A stretch of 64,000 bases of DNA from Octopus bimaculoides (GCF_001194135.2 NC_068981.1:159678307-159742306); one strand, 5' to 3'; positions 41,961 through 57,072 are shown, numbered from the stretch's first letter. Numbers and translations are program-made. The notes: generated by a model from the sequence alone, not told the origin.

Positions 41961-44900
41961 ATGAAATTTTTACATCAACTTAAAAATGATGATGATTATA
42001 TAAATATAAGATTTTTATATCAAAACTGTTTCTGAGCTGTTTAATGTGCTCTATATCAATTTTTGGGTGAGGCTATTTTATAAACTAATTCTTGTAATAT
42101 AATCTTTCAAATAAATAAAAAAAATTCTAGTTTTAGGAGAGGGGATTGATATAAAAAAAAAACCAGAGTGTTAACACAGCCAAATCTAATATACTAGTTG
42201 TCATTGTTGTGACTCAAAAGCCCAGGAGCAACAAGAATTGGTATTTGATTGATATGCTAAAGATGCAAGAATAGTTACACAAACAATCAGATCTCTGTCT
42301 CGCAACAAGATATCAAGGCTTTAACCAAAACACTGGGGTTGCTAACAATACAAGGAATTTTAAAATGAAATTAAGAAGTACACAGTTCACTGGAAATTGA
42401 AAATAATAAATTCTGACAATTAGTACAAGAGGTAGATCTAGTAAATAGTATGGAGACTAAAGTTAGCTAGCTTCAAAAATATATTACTGTATAGCAAAGA
42501 AATGGATTCTCTGTTTGTGTTACATACCAGAGATCTGTTTGTGTATCTCTACATAAAGCAATATAAACAATATATAAAGCAGTGAAATATAGACAGCAAC
42601 TATAAAAGATCTGCACTGTCAGCAGTGATTTATTGGATGTGCAATATTGCAAGATGGAGTGTAAATGAGTTGGGAAAGTGATGTATCCTCATTAATGTTG
42701 AGTTCAACAATTAGAAACATCATAGGGCCTAGAATTGTGCCATTTTTTTTTTTTTTGTTCAACTCTAATAATCAATTGTAAATTGCTGAGTATAGCATTT
42801 GTGTATAGAAAAAAATAACTATTTTTTTATTAAAAAAAATTGTTTATATAATTTTATAAAATGACTAAAGCTTTATAAACACTTACAGTCATTGATTCTA
42901 TAACACAGGTTGCACTTCCATCGAGTACGATCCACAAAACTTATAAAAGGATTGATGTATGTGCGACAGGAACGACAACGTACAATCACAGTGGATGTTA
43001 TCACAGGCAGCTGCTGCAAAATACATAACAAAAACAACAGTTATAGGAAAAAGACCCACACACATGTAAAATAAATGCCTAATTTTCAATGCATTAAGTA
43101 ACAAGCTGAAACAGTATTTTTTTAATTACATTTAACTCAGATAAATTCAACAGATAAATGAATGGGATGAAAATGGTAAAATGGATTAAAATTTCTATAA
43201 TCTTTCACCAGAAATGATAAAAACAAGGTTAACCTCATATAAAATATAGCAATGAAGAATTCACTACATCAAATGAAGGGGGGAAAGATGTGGAGAATCC
43301 TTTAAAGTAAAAAGAGAATGCTCTGGTTTTCACCAAGTTAACAATCAGTAGGAACTTGTGAATCTGGCAAAAATCACACCAAATCTGTAAGTCATGAAAC
43401 CAATTATACTTGTTTCTATCAACCAAGGAAAAGACTACATCATTTTTAGGATACATACAAGTGTCTGAGAAACAGTCTCATACAATCTAGTCATCATTCT
43501 TGCCATTTTAACAAACATTTTTCTATGTAGGAATGGATTGAGTAGATCATCATATAATTTCCATTCACCATCTCAATCCTTGTTATATCGGGACTTTAAA
43601 GATTAAGGTCTTAAGAGCTGACCTTAACTCATTTCTACTTCCTGAATCATCTACTACAAATATATTCCACTGTCAGCAAGCAGCACCTTTTCATTCATTG
43701 TCTATATCAGAGAAGTCGTTTCATAAATCCATTAGCTTCAACTGTTCTTGCAACCAACCAAGTTAAAGATACACATTAAACAGCCCACACTTGATTTATT
43801 TTCCTCTGCCTTGACAAAGTTTCTACAATTTATACCTGAATCTCAAAACAATGCAGTGCAACAAGCCTTACACAAACTTCATATCTACTTTTACATCAAG
43901 GAAAAAAATAACCTTTTGTTGTTAACGAAGGTGATAGCACCCCACATTTCTTTCCTACATGTCTTAAGTCACCTAGGTTGTTAATGTGGGTATTCTGAAC
44001 AGTTATCTATTTTTCTGTCACAGAAGTCCTAGTCCTCAGTTAATCTGTCAGAGATTCTGTTGCAATCTTTGTACTTGATGTTAGTCAAAAATAGGAATTT
44101 TATATTTTTACAGAGGGTACTCATCATCCCAAGTAATTTCCAACTATCAAATGCTCCCTATATCAACTCTAATTAATATTTAATGGTTGTTTATTCACAT
44201 TTCACACTGGCATTGGAAATGCTAAAAAGAAGTTATGGTCCCGTGGTCTGTCAATATCAGAGGGTAGTGAGTAGTCAGAATCATTTGGTATTTGGCTATA
44301 GTCTTATATGTTATGAGTTCAAATCTTACTAAGATCAACTTTGCCTTTCATCTTTCAAGAGTTCCCAAAATAAAATACCAGTCCAGTGCTGGATGTAAAT
44401 ATATCTGGCTATCTACACCCAAAATACTTGGCCTTGTGCCAATATTAAAAATTAGTATTGTAGTAAAGTAGCTTTCAACAAACTCTTCACTATATTTAAA
44501 ATGGTTGCTATACTTCATACCCAAAATCTTAGGTCAAATATCTCATAATTGAATTATGAAATTTAACCCAAACCATCACATTGAACAACTTATGTCTGCA
44601 TGTACAGAGTGCTTATCAGATATCTCTAAGATTGTTCTTGAAGAGGCAACTGGAGCAATTCAACAACTAATCCAGCACCAACAAAAGGCAATTATGGCTG
44701 GCATACCATAAGAAATTTCACATTTTAAAATATAAATTTTGTCCTCCCACAGGACAACTGGCATAGGTGTGTTTACATCCCTCTAACTTAGAGTTTTGGT
44801 AAAGGAGACCAATAGAATAAGTACCAGGCTTAACATAAAATAAGTACTAGGGTTTAATTCATTCAACTAATGACCGAAACAACTAGAAGATAAAAGTAAA

Positions 44901-47887
44901 AAGATAATCATCAATGCTGTTCACAACTTTAACATTTAATTAAAATTTTAAAAAGACCTTTTCATTGCTACAGATAATTATGACAATAGGCAAATACAGT
45001 TGAGTGATTAACATGCTGAACTTCTGAATCATAAGGATCATGAGTCAAACCCTGATAGGAGGAATGAGTTTGGTGAAGTACATCACAATCTATCTAGGAG
45101 AAAATGGTAATTTGACTAAAATTTAATAAATTGAGGAAAAAAAAAAAGTTAACAAAAATAAATTACTGAGAAGATTTTAATTTAAATTGGTAAGTACATC
45201 AGTAAGAGCAAAGGTGAAACAGATGTTTAGCATAGCCAACAATTGTTTATCAATCAACAACAATTATCTGGAAACCAATGACGAAACTGTTGGAGATTAT
45301 GATACATTTCATAAACAACTCATCATTCTACGTTCATTTAGCAGATTAAACAACAACAACAATAATAGTAAGGCTGTAAAGTGCTGAAAAACGTTTGACA
45401 AAAACAAAATAATACATGTAATCAGTTCAATTAATACAATGGTCAGCTTATCTCATGATACAATAATAACATTTTACAACATAGCTATTATTAATATAGA
45501 GCAGAAGTGTCAAACTGGATCATCAAATTTCCAAGTTCAAATCCCACTAATATACACCGACTTTCATCACCCAGAAACAACAACAACAACAACAACGATA
45601 CCACCACCACCAGGTCAACCCTCATCTAGAAGATCTATGATCAAAAATATTTCAGTTATTACTATGCCATCTAGTTGTTATTTCTAGCAAGGTGAGCAAC
45701 CATAAAAGCTCCCCACTTATTGGCTCAATAAATACTAGTACAATAATAGCGTACTGAAGTTTGTTTCAGTTGACAATAATCTTCACTTCACACTTGAAGA
45801 GCTAGTAAAACTCATAAAGAAAATACTACGTACCGTAAGATCTTTAAATGGATGGATAATTACTCCTAATGGTAATCGAGATTTGGTCAATAACGCTGCA
45901 GTCTGGGGTACAGCATTTAACGTACAACGGAATATGCTGGAAATAAAAAGGTTAAATAGCTGAAACATCTAGTAACAATGAATTACAGTAGATAACATGA
46001 TAAAGTAGGATTCAGATATCCAGTAAGTTTCAGAGATAGCGATTATTCTAGTATAGGTTTCATCCATTAGACAATAAGAAGCTGTTAAAAATACTTGAAA
46101 AGGTATATGTGCTTATTGTTTTAGCTAAAAAGTGTTGCAGTATATTGTTCTTTTTATACTTTCTTCATCACCATCATCATTTAATGTCCGCTGTCCATAC
46201 TGCTATGGCTTGGATGGCTTGACCAGAGCTGGCAAGCTGGGGAACTGCACCAGACTCCAGTCTGATTTGGCATGGTTTCTACAGCTGGATGCCCTTCCGA
46301 AAACCAACCACTTTACAGAGTGTGCTGGATGTTTTTACGTTGCACCACACAGGCGGTTTTACATGGCACTGCACAGGTGCTTTTACGTGGTACTGCCATG
46401 AGCACTTTTCACCACTAGAGGGACCAGTCTTAACACTTCTACTATGGAGCATGGGTCTTCTTGAGTACAGCAAGGCACCTGGCATCTCAGTCCTTTGTCA
46501 TCTCTCCTGAAAGGTTCAAAGTCCTGAGGTCATTCTTCAGTACTTCATCTCATGTCCTTCCTGGGTTTCCTACTTCCCATGTGTTCCATCTACTTTGAGA
46601 GATTGGAACTTCTGTTATAGAGCTGTTGGCATCCATCCAAATCACATGACCAAACTAGTGCAGTCTTCTCTCTTGCATACAGCAATTAATTCCTTTTATG
46701 CCTAACTTCTCTCTCAATGATTAATGCTGTAATTCTTCACCATGACCTAAGAAATTTTATATGTATCATATGAAAGACTGAGAAGGAAAGATAAAAGTAA
46801 AGTGAAAAAAATGAAGTTAGTTTGGTTCATTTCCAGCATACTTAAATATTCTTTTATCGTAACAACATAGCATATACACACAAACAGCTGTGTAGAGATG
46901 GAGTTTGCTTCATAACCCTACAGCATCTTGGATAAGTATCTTTTACTAAAACCCAAGACCAACCAATGTTTTGTGAGGGAAATGGTAGACAGAAACCCTA
47001 TAGAGGACTGTTGTGTGTGTTTGTAGTACAAACTAGCCTGTCCTGATTCCATTTATGCAGATACTCTAACAAGGATCTGGAATAGTCTGTTATGTCTGAC
47101 CCAAGTTGAAAATTCTGATATTGTGCATCTCTTCTAAGCATAATAGTTTGTGTGTTTGTGTGTGCGTGCGTGCGTGCATGAACATATCAATCTTGAACCA
47201 ACCTGACACTGTCATTTTGAAATTCGATTTAAGCTTGTGCTTGCTGAATGTTTTGCTATAACCTCTTAGTAGAAGAAGGCTGGTTTGATTTCACAGAAAC
47301 CTACTCCATATTATTTATGGATGCTCTATATTTTGCCAAGTACAGAGAATCCATTATTACAATCCACAATAACTGACATAAGGACAAGCTTTTGTCTACT
47401 TGTGCTTCACTTGAATGAGATGAGATAAATAAAAACCCATATCCACAAACTATATTTTCCACAAAATCTTTGGAGGTAAAATATAAATATCAAGTGCTAC
47501 TCACTCTGGACTTGCATTTGTTTTACTAAATTCATATGGTAAACAGTTAATAGGTGTCTCAACTCCTTCTGGGCCGATGAGTTTTCGTTGCTGCATCAAA
47601 TCAACGACATCACTAATAGTGTCCTATGAAATAAATAGAAATGTAATCACTTAATACAGAATAACAATTATCTTCTATTTTTTACTTGTTTCAGTCACTT
47701 GACTGCAGCCATTCTGGGGCGGGCACTGCTTGAAGGGTTTTACTTGAACAAATTGACCCCAGGACATTTTTTTTAAAGCTTACTATTTATTCTATCAGTC
47801 TCTTTTGCCAAACTGCTAAGTCACATGGACATAAATACACCAGCACAAAGACACACACACACACACATATACATGTGCATGTGTGTG

Positions 47888-47921
<34 letters not shown>

Positions 47922-50900
47922 GAGCTTCTCAGCTTGTCTACCAAATCCATTCATGAGGCTTTGATCAGCCCAAGGTTACAGTAGAAAACATTTGCCTAAG
48001 GTGCCACATAGGGACTGAACCTGGAACCATGTGATTGGGAAGCAAGCTTCTTACCACACAGTCACATTAATATTTACTGTGTTCCATATATAGTTACATG
48101 GTTCAGTATACAAAACAGTTTGTATTTCCTTCACATGTGTTTTAGTGTATTAATTCAGTAAATGAAAAACCCCTCATGATCAGTATGCCTTGTTAAAATT
48201 AGGTAGAGAAGCACCAGGAGATCCAAATAGAAAGAAACTGTGGAAGCGGAATGAAGACCAAGCAAGACAGGAGGAGAAGTGTTGTGAGCAAATCTTAAGA
48301 CACTGAATCTCACAAAAGATGTGACATTGGAAACTAAGAAGTGGTGGGATGCTGCACTGGAGAGGACCCTTCTAATCCATGCGAGCATAGAAATAAAGAT
48401 GTCAAAATGATGACAATGTTCAACAAAAGAAATGAACACTTTTATTTTGCTGTAAAATTTGATTTTATTGTTACAAGGCACTCTGCAATTTTCTGAGTTC
48501 AGTACCACTGTGTGGCACCTTGGGCAAGTATCTTCTACTATAGCCCCAGTCCAGCCAAAGCCTTGTGAGTGAATTTGTTGAAGAGAAACTAAAAAAAAAA
48601 AAACAATCATCAACATCTTCAGTTCTCTTCTTTGTTATAACCAGAAATGGCGCTGATGAAAATAGCATTAATTTTTTTTAGGTCGTTCAATTTTTCTCAA
48701 TTGATCAATAGACCAATTGAGTAAAACCAATCAGTAATGTACCGATAATGACTACTGGAAAGAGTTGTAAGCCAGATTTGATCCAATAAAGGAAAAATAT
48801 GTAATGACCATCATTTTAAAATTGTTTTATATATATGTGTGTGTGTGTGTGTAAGTACTTGTGCCTCCTAACAGAGAGGGATATCACAGCATCATCATCA
48901 TCGTTTAACGTCCGCTTTCCATAAGTGTCACCATCATGCATGCAATTGTTTGTTTTCAGTCTTTTGAGAAAGCGTGTCTGGTCAGTGGGGAAATATTACC
49001 CTACTAGGAAACAGGTGAAAGAAGGTAACAGAAAGGGAATCCAGACATAGAAAATCTGCTTCAAAGGATTCTCTTTGACTCATGTGAGTATGGAAAAGTG
49101 GTTGTTAAATGATGTTGATGATAATTTGATGATCATTATCATCATCATTATCATCAATTTGATATGCTTTTCACAGCTTGGAATAAAAATGGAACTGTTT
49201 AATTTTGTCCTATTTATGTCTCATCTTCCAAGATATTGGAAGATGGTAGTAGAAAGCCTTATTCCATATGAGACTAAATAAATGCTTATTAAATACACTG
49301 ATATGTCTCTGTTTACATATATCACAACCCAAGCTGCATTGGTACTCAGCTTATCAGTGTTAGGCACTTAACTTTGTACTATTACATAAATGAGTTTTAG
49401 CATTTAAAGCTCTTCTTAGGACTTTAAAGATCACCTCTTCTAATGTTCCCTCCCCTCTCAAAGGTTCTCTGTCTTGCAAGTTACTTGGTGACCCTGGATG
49501 GTACTGGTGCCACATAAAAAAGCATTTAGTCCACACAGTAAAGTGGTTGGCATTTGGAAGGGCATCCAGCTGTAAAACCATGCCAAAACTGACCTCGCCT
49601 GTGCTGTTGCTATGTAAAAAGCACTCAGTCCATTCTGTGGGGTGATTAGCGTTAGGATGGGCATCAAGCTGTAAAAACTGCACCAAAGCAGACACAGAAA
49701 TCTGGTGCAGTCTTCTGCCTGGCTAGCTCTTTTCAAACCATCCAATCCAGGCCAGCATGGAAGGCAGACATTAAACAATGATGATGATGGTAAAGTCTAG
49801 ATCAGTAGGAAATATATATATACACATACATACAACTGCAAGTGAAATAGCTATTACTAATATATCAATCCCAGATAATATTGACATATTGGAGTTACTG
49901 CAAACCTTACTCAATGGATATGTAGTGACACCACCACCACCACTGAATTGTTTAAGGAAATCAATGACAAATCCAACTTCGAATTTATCCAGTTTGACAT
50001 TGTGTTGTTTTACCTATCAATTCCTCAAATTTTCCTCCAACAAGCACTTGAGTTCAGTAAAGTATATACAACTACTACTGAGCAACACTTATCTTGACCA
50101 TATTGTAAAAGAATTTAGCAAGGTTTAGGAATTCAATGTAAAACTCGAAGCAACATGTATACAGAAGGAAGAGACAAATGAAAACTCAGATCACAATACC
50201 TTTGTACTAAGATTGCTCATTCCTCCAGTAAGACCAGCCATTCCTCCACTTGTAGAATATTGTGAACTTTGTTGTTGCTGGGGTTGATATTGTTGTGGTT
50301 GTTGAGGATGTATTGACTGTTGCAATTGTTGTGGAGGTTGCTGCATCTGTTGTGGGGGTTGTTGCAACTGTTGTGGTGCATGCATTGGACTTCCTGAATA
50401 AACTGGGGGCATTCCTGAAGTTGACATGTTTGCTGGGTGAGCTGGAGATTGCATCTGAGAAGGCTGAAATGAAAAACAAATTTTAATAAAGATTCTCAAC
50501 TAAAAACTAGATACAACAAAAGGATTCTATCTGTATCAATGACAAATGACATTTCATTCTTGGTAATTCAAGCCTACATGTGGCAAAGTAGGCTTTGGAA
50601 TTAATAAGATAGCTTCTGTAGGCTTAATGCTATTATAAACTGACTAATCCTGTACAAAACAGTAATAAGTAATAGAAGGTACACAGTCTAAAAGTTTTGT
50701 CTCAAACCTCTTGCTAAGCAGTGTAATGGGATAATTTCAAATGTGTTAAGACAGCATACAAGAGGTTTGGTGGTTCTGTAAATGTTAAGTATCAAAATAT
50801 ATGAGTAAACTGTACTGCAAATTCAATCAACTACATGTCAGAATAGAACAGTAAACAAAATATGATATGATGATGATGGTGGTAAACATGAAAGTGATTG

Positions 50901-53900
50901 TTATAAAAGCACAACAGGAGTACTGAAGAGGCAAGTTTATGGCAGTATTGTAGGGCACTGAACTGTTAGGCTGGTTAAACTAACCTCCAAATGGACCAGA
51001 ACTGGTATGAAATAATGAGTGGAGTGGCCAGCTTTACCTAGTAATAGGTGAGAAGGAACTATTTCTGAAGTCAGACAAAGGTAGCAAATACATCACATCA
51101 TACTTTATTCTAATTACAATTTGATTAGATCATTCTTCAGTTGCTTGTGAAAAGGAAGCATTCTAATGCATGGTACTATAGGCATGCCATGGCTGCTGAT
51201 ACACCAACATGTGCATGAGCTGCACCACTTATAGAGATTCCTTGATGATTCCTATGTGGATGCTGTTTCTAAGGCACATCTTTCTGCACCTCATTTTGTC
51301 GATAGGTCTGCAATCCTGGGTGGGCACCTGACATCTTGAATATCAATAGATGCTCACTACCCATTACCACTCAAACATTGAGATTGGTGGAAATTCCAAT
51401 CTAGCAATACATAGAGGATTAGTAGTAAACCTTCTTGGAGAAACTGGGTATTGACAAAAGTGAACTGGCTAGTCTGTTCTGAACTGGAGACTACTGTGAA
51501 TAATTTCCAGAAATCCTTAGCCTGACAGGGAGCACTGCTGGATTAAAATAAACTCTACAAGCATAGAAATGCTGCCAGAGAAGCAGTCAGAGGAATAAAA
51601 CTGTTCTGCATACACTTGTTCAATGTTCAAGTATTGCTGACTTGTAGAGTTATATCAAGCGACTGCTGTCACATGTGGGATAGATCTGGCTATCAGTCAA
51701 GTCCATTCATGATGATTCTCTCCATTCCTGACTGCCTCTAACCAGACAGGGAAGGCAACCTTCCTCTGTCTGGTAGCTATAGTGAAAAAGGTTGTGTGGG
51801 TGGAAGGTCTGAGGACAGACAATCTCTCTTTGGTAGAACCCACCTTGACACAATCAAGTTTTGCTTGAAAAGCAATATTAGGTTGGGAAGGGAGCTGTTA
51901 CACCCAAGTGAATTCATAGTAAGATGGGTGAGAATTGCATAAAGGGTAAGAATGGATAAGACTGATCTAAATTTACACCTGTATACAAAAGATACAAGAG
52001 AGATGGCGAGAACATTTGCCCTTGGTGTTCTGAGTGATCTTGAATCTGTGAGGAGGCTCCTTGATTGGCCATAGATGTATCAGAGGGACTGCATCATCAT
52101 CATCATTCTTCATTATTTATATACTATATATACTTGTATTTCATGATTTTTTTTTACTTAATTCAATTTTCTATGTAAACCCCAACAGTTAATGCCTGCT
52201 TTTGTAATTGTTTCTCTTCATTTGTTGCACAGGTGGAAAATAAAAGAAATCATTATGGCTATCTTTTTGCATGAATTTCAAACAGTAAATAATGAAAGTA
52301 ACAAACTATTAGAAAGTAAAACAATTACCATTTGAGGATACTGACGCTTTCCAGTTATTCGTCCTGTGCTCGGTGGTGCACCTGTTTGAGAAGGCAAAGA
52401 TTGAGGTGGCATGGACACTGAAAAGATAAGTGGAAAATTCATAATAAAACTATTATTTTAAGATAAAATGAAGTAAAAACAAACAAAGATATCTAATATA
52501 TTTACATAAGAAAACAATTCTGCAAAAGTTTTAAAATTTCAGCTATTGCAGCATGCCTTTCATAAGTGCATTCAATACTCTTGTCTCATTACAACACAAC
52601 AAAGCAAGAAATAAATGAAAATCATTGTTAGAAATAAAGTTCAATTACATTTTATGCCAGACATTGTTTCTTGAGATCTAGGTTTAGCAAGACCATGGTG
52701 GTATGGAGTTGCAATTGCTACTCAGTTCTTGTAATTTCTAAAAATTTTCAGTACAGACATGCAAATACATATATCTGTATCTTTTACTTGTTTCGGTCAT
52801 TAGACTGTGACCATGCTGGAGCAATGCTTTGAAGGATTTTAGTTGAACAAACTGACCCCAATACTTGTATTTTCAGCCAGGTACTTATTTTATCAATCTC
52901 TTCTGCCAAACCACTACACTACTGGGGTGTAAATACACCAACATCAGTTGTCAAGCAGTGGTAGGGGACAAACACAAAGACACACACATATATACAGCAG
53001 GCTTCTTTCAGTTTCTGTCTACCAAGTCCACTTACAAGGCTTTGGTCAGCCCAAAGCCATAGTAGAAGACACTTGCCCAAGGTGCCACGCAGTGGGACTG
53101 AACCCAGAACCATGTGGTTGGGAGGTAAGCTTCTTACCACACAGTCATGCCCAATATGCATATACATAAACATACTCATTTATACAAAAGGAAAATAATT
53201 CCCAGTATATTTTCTTTCTACTGACATATAAAAATAAGAATGCTTACTTGGAGGACCACTTGATGGAGTAAATTGCCCTTCTAGTGCATCATATGACTGA
53301 CTAGCAATTGGAGATGGCGCTCGTGAAGATTTCTGTGAAGGTGGGCCTGAAAATGATAAATATATGCTATCAAACATCACCATTGAATTGAGAATGAATA
53401 GAATGATTATTTAGAAAGAAAAAGCATTAATGACAAAAGAAGGGAAACATTTTAAATGACGTGCAGAGGAATCAGGAAAGCTAAAAGGATAAAAGTTAAA
53501 AAAGGAAGGAAGAACAGATAAAGAAAAAGGTGATGAAAATGAAAATAATAATTAATAGAGAAGCATGACATTCCAAAGGTACAAAAAGAAAGTTATAATG
53601 AAAGATTCATTAAACATATCTGGTTCTCTCCAGCCAACTAAATTAGAATTATGAACTTCTTTCTTTAAATAACCATGTTAATAAACTACTTCATTAAAAG
53701 CTAACCAGATAATTCTATAATATTAATAACTACAAGTGACTACATATGATTAGCTGTCAACTGCATATATATTAAGTTTAAATTAAAGTGAAACATTATT
53801 TTCGTAAGTTCAGAGTGAGTTAGAGTGCTAATAGTGGATTTTCTAACTTTATGGTTATGCTATATTAGCATTTAGGATTTAAACCACTAATCTTTTTTTA

Positions 53901-55285
53901 AATGATACAGAATTTGTTAAAGAAGGAATATTTAGCTGCTACATCAATAAACTGAGTAGTTACTAAAAGCCCACTTACTAACAAAAAAAAAAAGGTCAAT
54001 TAACCACTGAGGATACAAGAACTCCATATTCTTTAAGAAGACCTCCAGAAATACGTCTTCTCAAATGCAGTATCACAGGTATCTGTCCTCTCATACAACT
54101 TCTTCCATGCAGAACATTCCAATTCTCCAACACTATATACACACAGAAATATTTTTACGTCATACCAGAAACAGGGAAATACTAATGACATACAACAATA
54201 AACTTATTATAGAGAACACTGTTATAAACAAATTTTGGTTCAAATAAGAACAAAGCACATCGCACCATATACTAATCACAAGCAAGACTAAAGAATGTTA
54301 GTTCAATCCATACATCAGGTTCATTTATCCATTTTTAGGCATCGCATGTAATACATCAACATAATTTATGTGACATAATAAAGCAAAACTGATATACTGA
54401 GTCTATCTCAACTCAGTCCTACCTTGGCTTCCAACACGTTCCTCACAAACCACAGAAGAAAAAAAAATCAGAAAGCAAATTATCCAATAAGACATTTGTA
54501 AATAGCTCTGCCCTCCCTGTTACTCAGTTCTCCAGCACTAATTCATGAGTTTGATTTTAATTAACACTAACTGAAAAATGTAAATACAGTCTTGCAATAC
54601 TTCAGCCACTTAAGCAACCATAAATGAAATATTCATCATGCAAATAGAAACACACAAAGGATAAATCAGTCTTCGTATATAGCCATAGAGTTAAAACGTT
54701 TACTCTTCAACCACATGGCTCAAAGTTTAATCCTATAATGTAGCAGATATCTTCAGTCACAAGCCTTGGGCCAACTAAACCCTTGTCAGTGAATTTCAGT
54801 AGGTAGAAACTGTGTGGAATCCCATCATATATATATATTTATGCAGAGAGACAGACAGACAGACAGATGCACACATGTTCATTCATCATTAAACATCCAT
54901 TTGCCATGCTGGCATGGGTTGGTTGGTTTACCAGGATCCGATGAGTCAGAGGACCACATTATGACCTTCCCAATGTCAATCACATTGCAGAGAGTAGTGG
55001 GTACTTTTTTGTGGCACCACCACCAGAGAGGATGTCTTGCAATTTGCAAAACTAAAGGGCTTAAAGAAGCCTCTAACGACTGAAGGAGAAAAGATAAGAG
55101 GATGTTGAGGAGGTGGAGAAGCTATGAGGAAGAAACAATGAGAGAAAAAAAAGAGATGGAGGAGTGATGGATGGCAGTAGGATATCAACAGGTAGATGAG
55201 AAGGGTCATCAGGGATGCAAAGGGCAGCAGGAAATATAGGCTTGGCAGGATATATAAATATATATACAGATGTAAATAACCACAC

Positions 55286-55325
<40 letters not shown>

Positions 55326-55326
55326 C

Positions 55327-55357
<31 letters not shown>

Positions 55358-56975
55358 NNNNNNNNNNNNNNNNNNNNNNNNNNNNNNNNNNNNNNNNNNN
55401 NNNNNNNNNNNNNNNNNNNNNNNNNNNNNNNNNNNNNNNNNNNNNNNNNNNNNNNNNNNNNNNNNNNNNNNNNNNNNNNNNNNNNNNNNNNNNNNNNNNN
55501 NNNNNNNNNNNNNNNNNNNNNNNNNNNNNNNNNNNNNNNNNNNNNNNNNNNNNNNNNNNNNNNNNNNNNNNNNNNNNNNNNNNNNNNNNNNNNNNNNNNN
55601 NNNNNNNNNNNNNNNNNNNNNNNNNNNNNNNNNNNNNNNNNNNNNNNNNNNNNNNNNNNNNNNNNNNNNNNNNNNNNNNNNNNNNNNNNNNNNNNNNNNN
55701 NNNNNNNNNNNNNNNNNNNNNNNNNNNNNNNNNNNNNNNNNNNNNNAGAAAGAGAGAGAGAGAGAGAACCAAAAACACATATCTAATATGGTTGACTGAA
55801 ACCAAACTGCTGGCTACTTGCAGTTTCCTTACATGAAGACCCAAATTAAATAACTACAGTATTAAGCACTATTTTAGTTTCGCGCGTGCATGCGTGTGTG
55901 TGTGTGTGCGTGTGTGTGAATAAAGATATATACAAGTTAACTGTTTATGGGAAGATTCAAATATTTCATGATGAAAAGATTGTGCTTGAAAACCACTGCG
56001 TGGTATCCATTTCACAAATATGTATGTTTCTATATGATAAATAGACCTGGAAGGATTAGGAACCAAAATTCACTCAAATCACACTCTACAGCCTTAACAT
56101 GTGCATTTTTATATATGCCAAAGTGAACCCAGTGAAACTGATAAAATAAGGAGAGTAGAAAGTAATAGGATAAATAAACAAAAATTGTTGAAGATGTCCA
56201 GCATGGCTGCAATCCAAAATTTGAAATCCGTAAAAGAATAAAAGATATTTGTGTAGAATAGTGATGCTAATCAAATATTTATGACACCTAATGAACAAAA
56301 ATATAAATACAATATACTGTTTTGAACTGTTACATTCAACAGAAATATAAAGACATGTTCAGAATGCTAAAGATAAAAACTAACATCGAAGAAATCAAAA
56401 TATGAATAGAAAGAGAATATTGCTCTATTTCGGGTGGACGTCTTATGTCTAGTTCTGGAAATTATATTTTTAAATCGACAGACTACGCTGATGATCCTGC
56501 AAATATTTACTTAAGTAAATTTTAACAGGTGAAACCATGGTACGTAGGTTAATCGTTTTTTTTTTTTTTAGTATTTTTTCATTTGTCTTGCCCTTTTACA
56601 GTCTGTTGTGTCGCTAATTTTTTACTGAGAACATATTTCTTCGTGCTTAGATGATTCGGCATCTATTTCTAGCATATAGGAGTCCACTTTTGCTGGTCAT
56701 TCCTCTTATTTTTGTATATATGCTAGACCACTGGTTTTAATTGATTAATATCAATTTCTACCCTTATTAATAAATAGAAAGAGAATATGTATATAAAATC
56801 AACATTACTAACAGGCAAAAAAACAAATCTCTAACAAAGTAATGTCAGATGACAAGCACCAGTGGAGTATGAAAATAGAAAAAGAATTCGAAAGTATTTG
56901 ATAAAAACATACATTTGGATTAGGCAGCAACTAAACAAAAAAGAAAGAGAGGTAAACTATCAAATCTGAAGTATA

Positions 56976-57057
<82 letters not shown>

Positions 57058-57072
57058 CATATATATATATAC

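Noticed and set aside
51000-52080. GC-richer intronic block that might be a hidden exon or nested gene
   Set aside because: No sustained ORF or paired splice sites found; more likely an old unclassified repeat.
54424-54442. Candidate 19-nt microexon after a poly-U tract with donor AAG|GTAGGA
   Set aside because: GAG acceptor and length not divisible by 3 in a phase-1/1 context; no supporting evidence.
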